A stretch of DNA of 64,000 nt from Alphaproteobacteria bacterium (GTDB lineage: Bacteria; Pseudomonadota; Alphaproteobacteria; CBCXTS01), in NCBI GenBank assembly GCA_965178085.1, contig CBCXTS010000021.1:633845-697844 (forward strand), read 5' to 3'. A model generated the notes under the pieces. That model saw only the letters and a program-made list of their open reading frames with translations, had not been told where the DNA came from and ran no database searches. The position numbers and the translations under genes were made by a program. Positions 1-9,587 of the stretch are shown in pieces. How positions within the stretch are numbered: the first letter of the stretch is position 1; each line of letters begins with the position of its first letter.

Positions 1-120
1 CTTTTCTTGTTCAAGGCGCTCTATGCGTTCAATAAAACTAAGCAATCTTTCTGCACCTTGCTGTTCAGCAGTTTTTTGTGCATTGTGTTTGTTTTCAAAA
101 TCTACACTAGAATCGTTCAT
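1..120 (-). CDS. gapR: GapR/DUF2312-family nucleoid-associated protein, first 40 codons only (gene runs off the left edge)
   Basis: The reverse complement of 1-120 starts with ATG and reads MNDSSVDFENKHNAQKTAEQQGAERLLSFIERIERLEQEK. The LxSFIERIERLExEK helix is the signature of alphaproteobacterial GapR/DUF2312. It is absent from the ORF track because the window edge truncates it. Confidence 0.65.
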   Translation of the reverse strand, partial: MNDSSVDFENKHNAQKTAEQQGAERLLSFIERIERLEQEK

Positions 121-500
121 TTTATGATGTCCATTCTTTAGGCTTAATTATTTTCAACATTATTATGATCTAGCCTATAGATACAATAACTACAAGCAGA
201 TTATTATCATGGCCAACTATGATAGAAAAATCATATATACTATCATTCATATATTATATTGGATATCCACCAATATCGTTTAGCAGTCCAAATATCGATT
301 ATCCAAATAAATACAATAACAAACATAAAACGCAATGAAGTGAAACATTTTTTGAAGATATGAAAGCTTTATTGTAACGCCAAAATAGACTACTTAATGC
401 ATGATCATTGCTAAAATGATGATTGTTGTTTTAAAAAAATAAAACAAAATAACCTTTCTATTCATAACATTATAATGCTTATCAAACAGGATATAAGCGC

Positions 501-1928
501 ATGTCTAGCCCTATTATTGCCATTATTTTAGCAGCCGGTAGAGGCACACGCATGCAGCCAAAGCAGCCAACTTTAAAGTCGCCAACACCTGCTCTGCCAC
601 AATATATTAAAGCTATGCAGCCTTTAGCCGGTTTAAGTATGTTAGGCCATGTATGTAGCAACATTGCTCATCTTAATGTAGACTACACCGTTATAGTAGC
701 CCCACCAAAATGCACATCTTTATTTGATGGACAAATACATCCCTTCCTTACCCATTACCATATTAGTGAACAAGCCGATCGCTTAGGCACAGCCCATGCT
801 ACACGCATAGGCCTTGAAAGTTTTAAGCGCTCAAACGCTGCAAAAAAACACAATATCAACCTATCCAAAGCACGGTTGCTAATCATATATGGCGATACCC
901 CTCTATTAACCTCGCCTTCCATGCAAGCACTAATAGAGCAAAACACACCTGTATCTGTTCTTGGATTTGAGCACACCGTTCCAAATGCATATGGCCGTTT
1001 TCAGATCAATGCTAATAATCAACTTGAATCGATTATAGAAGCAAGCGACTTAACCCATGAAACATCCAATAAAACCGCATTATGCAATGCTGGTATTATG
1101 GCAATTGACTTTAACCAAGCAGCAACGTTACTCCATGAAATTAAGCCATCACCAAAAGGTGAGTATTATTTAACCGATATCATATCCATCGCGCGCGCAA
1201 AAAATTTACAATGTGGATACCAAATAAAACCTTTTGAACAGTTACAAGGGATTGATGATTTTACTGACTTAGCTTGTGCTGAAAAACACTGGCAGGCCAT
1301 GCAAAGCACAAAGTTAATGCTAAATGGGGTTTATATGCAAGCACCATCAACCATTTGGTTGTCCTATGATACCATTATAGAATCTGGTGCAGTTATTGAG
1401 CCTTATGTTGTATTTGGCCAAGGGGTCCATGTACATGCCCATGCCCATATCCGTGCTTTTAGTCATCTAGAAGGCGCCAACATTGCAGCACACGCTGTAA
1501 TAGGTCCATATGCAAGATTGCGCCCAGGCACAACCATTGGTGAGCATGCACGTATTGGCAATTTTGTTGAGGTAAAAAACACCAATATTGATCCCAACGC
1601 AAAAGCCAATCATTTGGCATATCTTGGAGATGCCAATATTGGCGCTGATGCAAATATTGGCGCTGGCACTATTACTTGCAATTATGACGGTGTTTCTAAA
1701 TGGACTACCTCTATTGGCCAAGGTACCTTTGTTGGTTCCAACACAACATTGGTAGCGCCCATTACGCTAGGCAATAACAGCTTGGTTGGAGCAGGTTCTG
1801 TTATAACCCAAAGCGCTGGTGACAACGCTTTGATTTTTGGGCGTGCCCACCAATGTACAAAAGCAAATGCTGCAACTCAAACTCGCAAAAAATTACACGA
1901 ACAAGCAAATAAAAAGCACCATGAGTAA
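501..1928 (+). CDS. glmU: Bifunctional UDP-N-acetylglucosamine pyrophosphorylase / glucosamine-1-phosphate N-acetyltransferase
   Basis: 475 aa. N-terminal nucleotidyltransferase motif IIAIILAAGRGTRM...PLAG. C-terminal left-handed beta-helix hexapeptide repeats (IGNFVEVKN, ANIGADANIGAGTITCNYDG). Sits directly upstream of glmS. Confidence 0.9.
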   Translation: MSSPIIAIILAAGRGTRMQPKQPTLKSPTPALPQYIKAMQPLAGLSMLGHVCSNIAHLNVDYTVIVAPPKCTSLFDGQIHPFLTHYHISEQADRLGTAHATRIGLESFKRSNAAKKHNINLSKARLLIIYGDTPLLTSPSMQALIEQNTPVSVLGFEHTVPNAYGRFQINANNQLESIIEASDLTHETSNKTALCNAGIMAIDFNQAATLLHEIKPSPKGEYYLTDIISIARAKNLQCGYQIKPFEQLQGIDDFTDLACAEKHWQAMQSTKLMLNGVYMQAPSTIWLSYDTIIESGAVIEPYVVFGQGVHVHAHAHIRAFSHLEGANIAAHAVIGPYARLRPGTTIGEHARIGNFVEVKNTNIDPNAKANHLAYLGDANIGADANIGAGTITCNYDGVSKWTTSIGQGTFVGSNTTLVAPITLGNNSLVGAGSVITQSAGDNALIFGRAHQCTKANAATQTRKKLHEQANKKHHE

Positions 1929-2009
1929 TTGGCATTTCAAATGCATTCAAATGCAATAGATTTTGACAATAATATTAATACAAAACATCTTTGATCATAA
2001 GGGCATATT

Positions 2010-3842
2010 ATGTGTGGAATTATAGGCATTGTCGGCAAGCAAAATGTTGTTGAACATCTAACAGATGGCTTGGATAGGCTTGCTTATCGCGGTTATGACT
2101 CTGCTGGGATTGCAACATTTTGTGGCAATAATATTGAGCGTATTCGCGCTAAAGGAAAAATTGAAAACCTGCGCAACAAACTACGCAATACTGATTATAG
2201 CACAATATCAACCACCGGCATTGCCCATACACGTTGGGCAACCCACGGCCTGCCAAATGAGCGCAACGCACACCCCCATGCAACTAATGATGTGGCCTTA
2301 GTCCATAACGGCATTATTGAAAATTATCAAACCATTCGTTCAACGCTACACCATCTTGAAAACCTCACCAGCGACACCGACAGCGAAGTTGTAGCCCATG
2401 CATTAAGCGATCAAATCAAACAAAACAAAACGCCATTACAAGCTTTTGAGCATATCAAGGACAAAATGGAAGGTGCATTTGCATTTGTGTTTATGTTTAG
2501 TGCGCAACCCGACATGCTTATTGGTGTGCGCCGTGGCTCTCCTTTGGCAATAGGTTATGGCGATGATGAGATGTATTTTGGCTCTGATGCACTTGCACTT
2601 GCGCATTTAACTAGGCGTATTTCTTATCTTGAAGAGGGCGATTACGCCGTTATCACCAACAACTCTGCTAGCATTTATGATGCTAGCGGCAATCAAGTCA
2701 CGCGCGATATTGTACAATCTTCTAGCTCTGGCGTGTTAACCGGCAAAGGCAATTATCGCCATTACATGTTAAAAGAAATACATGAACAACCCACAGTCAT
2801 TGGCGATTTGTTATCTACTATCATCAACCCGCAAACACGCACCCTTACATTGCCCAAATTGCCTTTTGATGGCGCAAAAATTAATTCTCTTACAACCAGT
2901 GCTTGTGGCACTGCTTATTATGCTGGATTAATAGGAAGCTATTGGTTTGAAGATTGCGCGCGTCTTGCCAACCGCATTGAAATTGCTTCTGAATTGCGAT
3001 ACCGCAATCCTGTATTGCAAGCTGGTGAGCCTTCATTGTTTCTTACACAATCGGGCGAGACCATGGATACACTCGAGGCAATGCGCATGGCAAAAAGAGC
3101 CCAACAAAAAACACTTGCCATTGTTAATGTACCTGAAAGCACCATTGCGCGTGAAACAGATCAAATCATACCAATGCTAGCAGGTCCTGAAATTGGCGTA
3201 GCTTCTACCAAAGCCTTCACTGCTATGCTAAGCGCATTGGCAGCTTTGGCACTTGATTTGGCGCGAGTGCGCAACACCATGACCTCACAACAGCTTGAAG
3301 AGCATTTGCTTGCATTGCTTGAAATTCCTGCAAAAATGTCTGAGTGCCTACTCCATGAAGATCAAATGATCCATATCGCTGAAATATTGGCAGGAGCAAA
3401 CCATGCTCTTTATTTAGGACGTGGCCCCGCCTACGCACTAGCCATGGAAGGCGCACTTAAGTTGAAAGAAATTTCATATATCCACGCTGAAGGCTACGCA
3501 GCAGGAGAGATGAAACACGGCCCCATTGCCTTAATCGATGAGCATATGCCAGTTGTTGTGCTAGCGCCTGTTGACGCACTTTTTACAAAAACACTTTCCA
3601 ATATGCGTGAGGCCATTGCCCGTCAAGCAAATGTTATTTTTATTTCCAGTAAAAAAGGCATTGAAACATGCCTTGAGCAATGCCAACCAGCCATTTGCTT
3701 TGAAGTACCTGACTGCCACCCCTTTATTGCACCCATTGTCTATTCGATACCAATGCAATTGCTTGCCTACCATACCGCTTGCCTCAAAGGCACTGACATC
3801 GACCAACCCCGTAATCTTGCAAAATCAGTTACTGTGGAATGA
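2010..3842 (+). CDS. glmS: Glutamine--fructose-6-phosphate aminotransferase
   Basis: 610 aa. Ntn-amidotransferase start MCGIIGIVG, two SIS domains, canonical C-terminus NLAKSVTVE. Confidence 0.95.
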   Translation: MCGIIGIVGKQNVVEHLTDGLDRLAYRGYDSAGIATFCGNNIERIRAKGKIENLRNKLRNTDYSTISTTGIAHTRWATHGLPNERNAHPHATNDVALVHNGIIENYQTIRSTLHHLENLTSDTDSEVVAHALSDQIKQNKTPLQAFEHIKDKMEGAFAFVFMFSAQPDMLIGVRRGSPLAIGYGDDEMYFGSDALALAHLTRRISYLEEGDYAVITNNSASIYDASGNQVTRDIVQSSSSGVLTGKGNYRHYMLKEIHEQPTVIGDLLSTIINPQTRTLTLPKLPFDGAKINSLTTSACGTAYYAGLIGSYWFEDCARLANRIEIASELRYRNPVLQAGEPSLFLTQSGETMDTLEAMRMAKRAQQKTLAIVNVPESTIARETDQIIPMLAGPEIGVASTKAFTAMLSALAALALDLARVRNTMTSQQLEEHLLALLEIPAKMSECLLHEDQMIHIAEILAGANHALYLGRGPAYALAMEGALKLKEISYIHAEGYAAGEMKHGPIALIDEHMPVVVLAPVDALFTKTLSNMREAIARQANVIFISSKKGIETCLEQCQPAICFEVPDCHPFIAPIVYSIPMQLLAYHTACLKGTDIDQPRNLAKSVTVE

Positions 3843-4243
3843 TGAAAGAGTGTTTTTTTGACAAAAAGTTTTTCAATATCTCTGTTTTAGTGCAACCATT
3901 GGGTCAAAGGATTAAATTCCAACACAAACATACACCCAACAACAACACCAAATCATAAAATGAATAAATCCCTTAAACGATGGTTGGATGGGATATCTTA
4001 AGATTGTACAATATTTAAACGAGCAAGGGTATCAAGACAGTTTGAGCAAATGCTTGGCATAACACGGCAAGTCTTTTCGGTATTAAAAGGCCTCAGGAGC
4101 AACTGATTAAAATAAAAAATGATGACCACTACATAAAAATTAGTAACTTCTAATTGAATGGATTAAGAGATTAATAATAAACTTTTTAAATTGTATATTT
4201 TGAAGAATTTCACAAAATTAAATCAAAAGGGATCATAAATTAA

Positions 4244-6709
4244 GTGTCAGAAGCAAACGCAAGAATCATCATCGATCAATTATTAAGAGCATCTGATTGG
4301 ATTCTCTTTGGTGATGATGGTGTGGTTAATGTCTACACTGAAATGCAAAACCAGGCAGGTTTTGCAGATTATGTTCTCAAAGACAATTCTGACTTCCCCC
4401 TTTGCATCATCGAAGCAAAAAAAGAACTAGTTTCCCCATTGGTTGGCAAAGAGCAAGCACGAGGTTATGCAGTATCTCTGAGTTGTCGTTTCGTTATACT
4501 TTCAAATGGTGTGTCACATTATTTTTGGGATATTGAGCAAGGCAGTCCAACAGTCATTGATATTTTCCCATCACAAGAACAGTTGGAACTAAGAAAAACC
4601 AACTTCAATCCACCTAGACAGCAAGTTGAAAAGATTGATGTTGACTATATTGCACAGACCCAACTCCCCAAGTTTGAGCAAAATCCAGATTATCTTGATG
4701 ACAGAAAAAGAGACGAGTTTTTAAAAAACAAAAAACTCAGACTTCTTCGTGATTACCAGTTGAAGGCAGTAAAAGCAGTTCAAAGCAACATTGCAGAGGG
4801 CAAAGACAGGTTTTTGTTGGAGATGGCAACAGGAACAGGAAAAACACTCACCTCATCAGCAATCATCAAGATGTTTTTGCGTCTTTATAATGTTAAGAGA
4901 GTTCTATTTCTCGTTGATCGCATTGAGTTGGAAAGTCAGGCAAAAAAAGAGTTTGATGAAGCCCTCGAAAATGACTTTAGGACGGTTGTCTGGAAAGAAA
5001 ATCAATCAGATTGGACAAAGGCAGAGATTGTTGTTTCAACTGTGCAGTCATTTGTAAGGCGCAACAAGTATCGCAAGGTATTTCGTCCAGACCACTTTGA
5101 CTTGGTCATCTCGGATGAAGCACATCGTTCTTTAGGTGCTAGAAGTCGAAAGGTTTTTGAATATTTTATTGGATTTAAGTTAGGACTAACCGCAACTCCC
5201 AAAGACTATCTCAAATCAGTAGATATTGAAGATATTGCAGGCAGTGACCCTAGACAGCTAGAGAAACGAATGATGTTGGACACCTACACCACTTTTGGGT
5301 GCGACAGTGGAGAGCCAACATTTAGATATTCCTTAGAAGATGGAGTCAAGGATGGTTATCTCATTAATCCTAAAGTCATTGCTGCACGAACTAAAATCAC
5401 TACCGAATTCCTGTCTAAACAGGGATATATATTTCAAGGTGTCGATGATGACGGCAATGACTTTGAGGAGACATTTACTCAAAAAGATTTTGAAAAGAAG
5501 TTCTTCTCAGATAACACCAACACTATTTTTTGTGAGACCTTTCTAAAACACGCAATGAGAGACCCTTATACAGGGGAGATTGGTAAAACTCTGGTCTTCT
5601 GTGTCTCTCAAAATCATGCAGCAAAAGTCACTCAGATTTTGAATGTTCTCGCAGAGAGAATTTACCCAAAACAATACAGTTCTGACTTTGCAGTCCAAGT
5701 GACCTCAAATGTCCAAGACTCACAACGGATGACCATTGATTTCAGAAACAACTCTCTCAACGGTCAGTCTAAAACTAACCCTCATTACAAAACATCAAAG
5801 ACACGCATTTGTGTGACAGTGGGGATGATGACAACAGGATATGACTGCACTGATATTTTGAATATCTGCATGATGCGTCCTATATTCTCACCAAGTGAAT
5901 TTATCCAGATGAAGGGTCGTGGCACTCGCAGATGTGATTTTTCACAATCGTGGATTACCAAGTCAGAGATTCCAGACCATATCAAACCTCAAAAAGAGCA
6001 GTTTCTTCTGTTCGATTTCTTTGGCAACTACGACTATTTTGAAAAAGATTTTGATTATGACAAAATTCTAGAACTTCCACCAAAACCGTCTAAACCTGTT
6101 ATTGACCCGCCAGACCCACCAGATATTGATAAAGTAATAAGCAATGCACCAGACCCTCTGGCAGAGTTGAAGGAAATACTCATCTCTGACCAAGGCATGA
6201 AGATTGATAGAAATCTTTACAGGTCTTTCAAAAATAAGGTGTCAGAGGACGCAATCATCAAAGGTTTAGTTTCTCAACAGAACTTTGATGAGGCAGAGAC
6301 TTATTTGAATGACAATGTTTTAAATAAACCACAAGAGTTTTATACAATTGAAAAAATTAGAAAATCGTTGGATCTTGATAGACGGTTAACTGTTCCAGAA
6401 CTCCTCCTTCATGTTTTTGGTCACATTGAGCATATCCCCTCTCAACGAGAATGTCTGGATGAAGAGTTTGACAAATTAGACAAGGCACTCAAACCAGATG
6501 ACGCAATCTATGGCAGTGCAAGAGAAGTCTTTGAAGCATATGCAGTCGATGATGATTTCAGAGACATTATCGACAGCAGACGATATGCAGAACTCGGGGT
6601 GCATCCATCTGGTGATGCGTTCAGAAAACTACCTGTGGAGTTGAAGCAGAGCATCCCCTCATACATCAAACAAAATGTAAATTTAGAACGGTTAGAGAAT
6701 GTTAGATAG
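4244..6709 (+). CDS. hsdR: Type I restriction enzyme R subunit (PD-(D/E)xK nuclease + SF2 helicase, EcoEI-like C-terminal extension)
   Basis: 821 aa. GTG start with AAGGGA about 12 nt upstream. N-terminal nuclease motif ADYVL...IIEAKK (D42, E57, K59). Helicase motifs: I GTGKT (4832-4846), II DEAH (5114-5125), III LGLTATP, VI QMKGRGTR. Its stop overlaps the start of the methylase/specificity gene. Confidence 0.85.
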   Translation: MSEANARIIIDQLLRASDWILFGDDGVVNVYTEMQNQAGFADYVLKDNSDFPLCIIEAKKELVSPLVGKEQARGYAVSLSCRFVILSNGVSHYFWDIEQGSPTVIDIFPSQEQLELRKTNFNPPRQQVEKIDVDYIAQTQLPKFEQNPDYLDDRKRDEFLKNKKLRLLRDYQLKAVKAVQSNIAEGKDRFLLEMATGTGKTLTSSAIIKMFLRLYNVKRVLFLVDRIELESQAKKEFDEALENDFRTVVWKENQSDWTKAEIVVSTVQSFVRRNKYRKVFRPDHFDLVISDEAHRSLGARSRKVFEYFIGFKLGLTATPKDYLKSVDIEDIAGSDPRQLEKRMMLDTYTTFGCDSGEPTFRYSLEDGVKDGYLINPKVIAARTKITTEFLSKQGYIFQGVDDDGNDFEETFTQKDFEKKFFSDNTNTIFCETFLKHAMRDPYTGEIGKTLVFCVSQNHAAKVTQILNVLAERIYPKQYSSDFAVQVTSNVQDSQRMTIDFRNNSLNGQSKTNPHYKTSKTRICVTVGMMTTGYDCTDILNICMMRPIFSPSEFIQMKGRGTRRCDFSQSWITKSEIPDHIKPQKEQFLLFDFFGNYDYFEKDFDYDKILELPPKPSKPVIDPPDPPDIDKVISNAPDPLAELKEILISDQGMKIDRNLYRSFKNKVSEDAIIKGLVSQQNFDEAETYLNDNVLNKPQEFYTIEKIRKSLDLDRRLTVPELLLHVFGHIEHIPSQRECLDEEFDKLDKALKPDDAIYGSAREVFEAYAVDDDFRDIIDSRRYAELGVHPSGDAFRKLPVELKQSIPSYIKQNVNLERLENVR

Positions 6710-9230
6710 TATCACCAAAAAACGCATAGACGACTTACGAAATATCCTTGTTGGCAAAATCCCAAGCCCACAGAGTCAAGTTGAGCAAATCACCACAGGA
6801 CTAATTTACAAGTTCATGTATGACATGGATGTAGAGGCAGTCGAGATGGGTGGTGTCGCATCCTTCTTTATTGGGGATTATAAAAAATACTCGTGGAAGC
6901 ACCTGTTTGACCCCAAATTAGGGGGTGCAGATAAGGTGCAACTCTACAGTGATGCGATTGAGAATATGTATACCAATCCATCTGCACCACAGTTGTTCAG
7001 AGAGATTTTCAAAAACTCATTCCTTCCGTTCAAAGACCCTTCAACACTCAATATGTTTTTGAAGGAGATAAATGAGTTTCATTATTCACACTCAGAAAAA
7101 TTAGGCGATGCGTTTGAATATCTTCTCTCATTCATGGGGTCGCAAGGTGATGCGGGGCAATTTAGAACACCTCGTCATATCATCGACTTCATCGTTGATA
7201 TAGTTAACCCACAAAAGAATGAAACCATCCTTGACCCAGCATGTGGCACAGCAGGTTTTTTAATTTCATCCTACAAGCATATTCTATCTCAAAACACTGA
7301 CAATAAATTGGGTGACAAACTCAATGCATCAGACCGCAAACAGGTTGGTGACAATCTTGTTGGGTATGACATTTCACCAGATATGACACGCATATCTCTG
7401 GTGAATATGTATCTACACCAATTTGCGAGTCCTCAAATCCATGAGTATGACACCCTGTCATCTGAGGACAGATGGAATGAATACTTCGATGTAATCCTTG
7501 CAAATCCACCCTTCTTCTCACCAAAAGGTGGTATCCAACCACACACACGATTTGGAGTGCAATCAACACGGGCAGAGGTTCTTTTCGTTGATTACATCAT
7601 GGAGCATCTAAAACCCAATGGTCGTGCAGGCATCGTTGTTCCAGAGGGTGTTATTTTCCAAACAGGGAATGCATATAAAACTCTAAGAAAGAAACTGGTT
7701 GAAGATTGTTTGGTTGGGGTGATTTCTCTCCCAGCAGGTGTGTTTCAACCATATTCTGGTGTTAAAACCTCAATCCTCATTCTGGACAAAGAACTCAATC
7801 AAAAGTCTGAAAACATCTTCTTTGCAAAAGTTGAAAATGATGGGTTCAGTCTTGGTTCACAAAGAACACCTATATCGGCAAATGATTTACCTGAAATCAT
7901 TGTAAGATACCAAGAATTCATCTCAAGCAAATCGTTCAATAAGCAATCTATAGAAAAAAAACTTATTCTAGAAACTTTAGATATCTCATTTTCATTAGAA
8001 AAATATCTTTCTAATTCTTTGCTAATTAAATCAGATTATCATATGAAAAGTCTCAATGAGATATGCGTAATTGGTGATGGCAACCATTCCTCTAATTATC
8101 CAAAAAACTCCGAAATGGTAGAAGAAGGTATTCCTTTTATACGAGGAGTAAATATCTCTAATTTTACAATTATTGAAAAAGATATGAAGTTTATAAGTCC
8201 AGAAAAACATTTGGTTTTGAAAAAAGGTCATTTGCAAACAGATGATGTTTTGTTCACCAATCGTGGTGAAATTGGGAAGTTGGCAATTATTCCAGAGAAA
8301 TTCAATAATTCAAATTTGAATAGTCAGATAGTATGGTTGAGGTCAAAAAAAGAGTACATTCTTCCAAAATTTCTCCTATTCATTTTGACAAACGCCAGAA
8401 CCCAACAGCGCATAGGGGAACTATCTCAAGGAGCAACATTAAAGCAGTTTACTATCAGACAACTGAAAGAAATAGAAATCCCTCTCCCACCCATCGAAGT
8501 TCAGCAACAGATTGTTGATGAGTTAGAGGGGTATCAAAAGATTATTGATGGGTGCAGACAGGTTGTTGAAAACTACAAACCAACCATCGACATTGACCCT
8601 TCTTGGGAGATGATTTCATTCGATGATGCACCCATTGAAATAATAGACGGAGATAGAGGTAAGAATTATCCGTCAGGCACAGACTTTTCTGATGAAGGGC
8701 ACTGTCTATTCTTAAATACAAAAAATGTAAGACCAGACGGTTTTGATTTTTCCGATACGATGTTCATCACTCAACAGAAGGACGAACAACTTAGGAAGGG
8801 TAAACTCAAAAGATATGATATTCTTCTCACAACAAGAGGAACTGTTGGAAATACAGCATATTATGGTGACGAGGTAGAGTATGAACACCTTAGAATAAAT
8901 TCTGGAATGTTAATTTTTAGATGTGTGTCTGAGAGTGTAGACAGTGAGTATTTGTTTTATTTTTTCCAATCGAAAAATTGCAGTGACCAATTCAAGCAAC
9001 TTATGTCTGGTTCAGCACAACCCCAACTTCCTATTTCCAGTTTGAAAAATGCATTGATACCTATTCCTCCAATTGAAGAGCAGAAAGCAGTAGTCAAAAG
9101 CATCAAAATGGAACAAGAAATTATTGATGGAAATAAGAGGTTATTGCGGAACTACACCCAAAAAATCCAAGAAAGGATTAGTAAAGTTTGGGGTGAGGGT
9201 GTTGGACCAGCAATCTCAATTACTGATTAA
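6699..9230 (+). CDS. Fused type I R-M methyltransferase and specificity subunit (HsdM-HsdS in one polypeptide, two TRDs)
   Basis: 843 aa.
- aa 1-410: N6-adenine MTase with AdoMet motif LDPACGTAGFL and catalytic NPPF (7503-7514).
- aa 445-843: two target-recognition domains, each ending in the conserved HsdS helix (IPLPPIEVQQQIVDELE and IPIPPIEEQKAVVKSIK).
- Overlaps hsdR by 11 nt (ATGTTAGATAG). Confidence 0.85.
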   Translation: MLDSITKKRIDDLRNILVGKIPSPQSQVEQITTGLIYKFMYDMDVEAVEMGGVASFFIGDYKKYSWKHLFDPKLGGADKVQLYSDAIENMYTNPSAPQLFREIFKNSFLPFKDPSTLNMFLKEINEFHYSHSEKLGDAFEYLLSFMGSQGDAGQFRTPRHIIDFIVDIVNPQKNETILDPACGTAGFLISSYKHILSQNTDNKLGDKLNASDRKQVGDNLVGYDISPDMTRISLVNMYLHQFASPQIHEYDTLSSEDRWNEYFDVILANPPFFSPKGGIQPHTRFGVQSTRAEVLFVDYIMEHLKPNGRAGIVVPEGVIFQTGNAYKTLRKKLVEDCLVGVISLPAGVFQPYSGVKTSILILDKELNQKSENIFFAKVENDGFSLGSQRTPISANDLPEIIVRYQEFISSKSFNKQSIEKKLILETLDISFSLEKYLSNSLLIKSDYHMKSLNEICVIGDGNHSSNYPKNSEMVEEGIPFIRGVNISNFTIIEKDMKFISPEKHLVLKKGHLQTDDVLFTNRGEIGKLAIIPEKFNNSNLNSQIVWLRSKKEYILPKFLLFILTNARTQQRIGELSQGATLKQFTIRQLKEIEIPLPPIEVQQQIVDELEGYQKIIDGCRQVVENYKPTIDIDPSWEMISFDDAPIEIIDGDRGKNYPSGTDFSDEGHCLFLNTKNVRPDGFDFSDTMFITQQKDEQLRKGKLKRYDILLTTRGTVGNTAYYGDEVEYEHLRINSGMLIFRCVSESVDSEYLFYFFQSKNCSDQFKQLMSGSAQPQLPISSLKNALIPIPPIEEQKAVVKSIKMEQEIIDGNKRLLRNYTQKIQERISKVWGEGVGPAISITD

Positions 9231-9496
9231 CCCTCGCCTTAGGGAGATTGAATATAAAAAGATAGATAAGTCTAGGCAAAATGGACTTATACATAAAATA
9301 CCCCTAACGAATAAAGTGAATTAGATTATGCAATGTTTCTGCTTTAACAAAAATATAACTCCCTAGACTAATTTAAAAAAATATGTATTTAAATATTGCA
9401 TGCTCTTAACCTGTAAATTATCATATTATCTCAAAAACCATATCAAACGATTGCTACCTTTCAACGTGTGATGGTCTGATAATGATTAATTCATCG

Positions 9497-9587
9497 CTAT
9501 AAAACTGCCCTATAAAACTGCCCTATAAAACTGCCCTATAAAACTGCCCTATAAAACTGCCCTATAAAACTGCCCTATAAAACTGCA
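9497..9587. repeat. Perfect 13-bp tandem repeat CTATAAAACTGCC, six full copies plus a seventh lacking its last base
   Basis: Read directly. Units start at 9497, 9510, 9523, 9536, 9549, 9562 and 9575. The array is intergenic and ends 45 bp upstream of the ATG at 9632. Confidence 0.95.

Noticed and set aside
121-500. DnaA-box-like (ATATCCACC near 255) and CtrA-box-like (TTAA-N7-TTAA-like, e.g. upstream of flbT near 63250) matches.
   Set aside because: These are single imperfect matches in a very AT-rich background, where such motifs occur by chance. No cluster or origin-like context (hemE, parAB, dnaA) is present.
1929-2009. glmS ribozyme upstream of glmS, and an FMN riboswitch upstream of ribE (46815-46905).
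   Set aside because: Both intergenic regions are only 81-91 bp, AT-rich, and lack the conserved cores. The glmS ribozyme is in any case not expected in Proteobacteria.
3950-4110. Possible relics of a recombinase or HTH gene between glmS and hsdR. Short broken frames read MNKSLKRWLDGIS*, IVQYLNEQGYQDSLSKCLA* and ...RVSRQFEQMLGITRQVFSVLKGLRSN*. The LGITRQ stretch is HTH-like.
   Set aside because: The fragments are 13-35 codons long, in three different frames, and the resemblance rests on a few residues. It cannot be supported without a profile or translated search against recombinase and Xre families.
9497-9587. Possibility that the 13-bp repeat array is a CRISPR array.
   Set aside because: The units are directly abutting with no spacers, the unit is far shorter than CRISPR repeats, and no cas genes are present.
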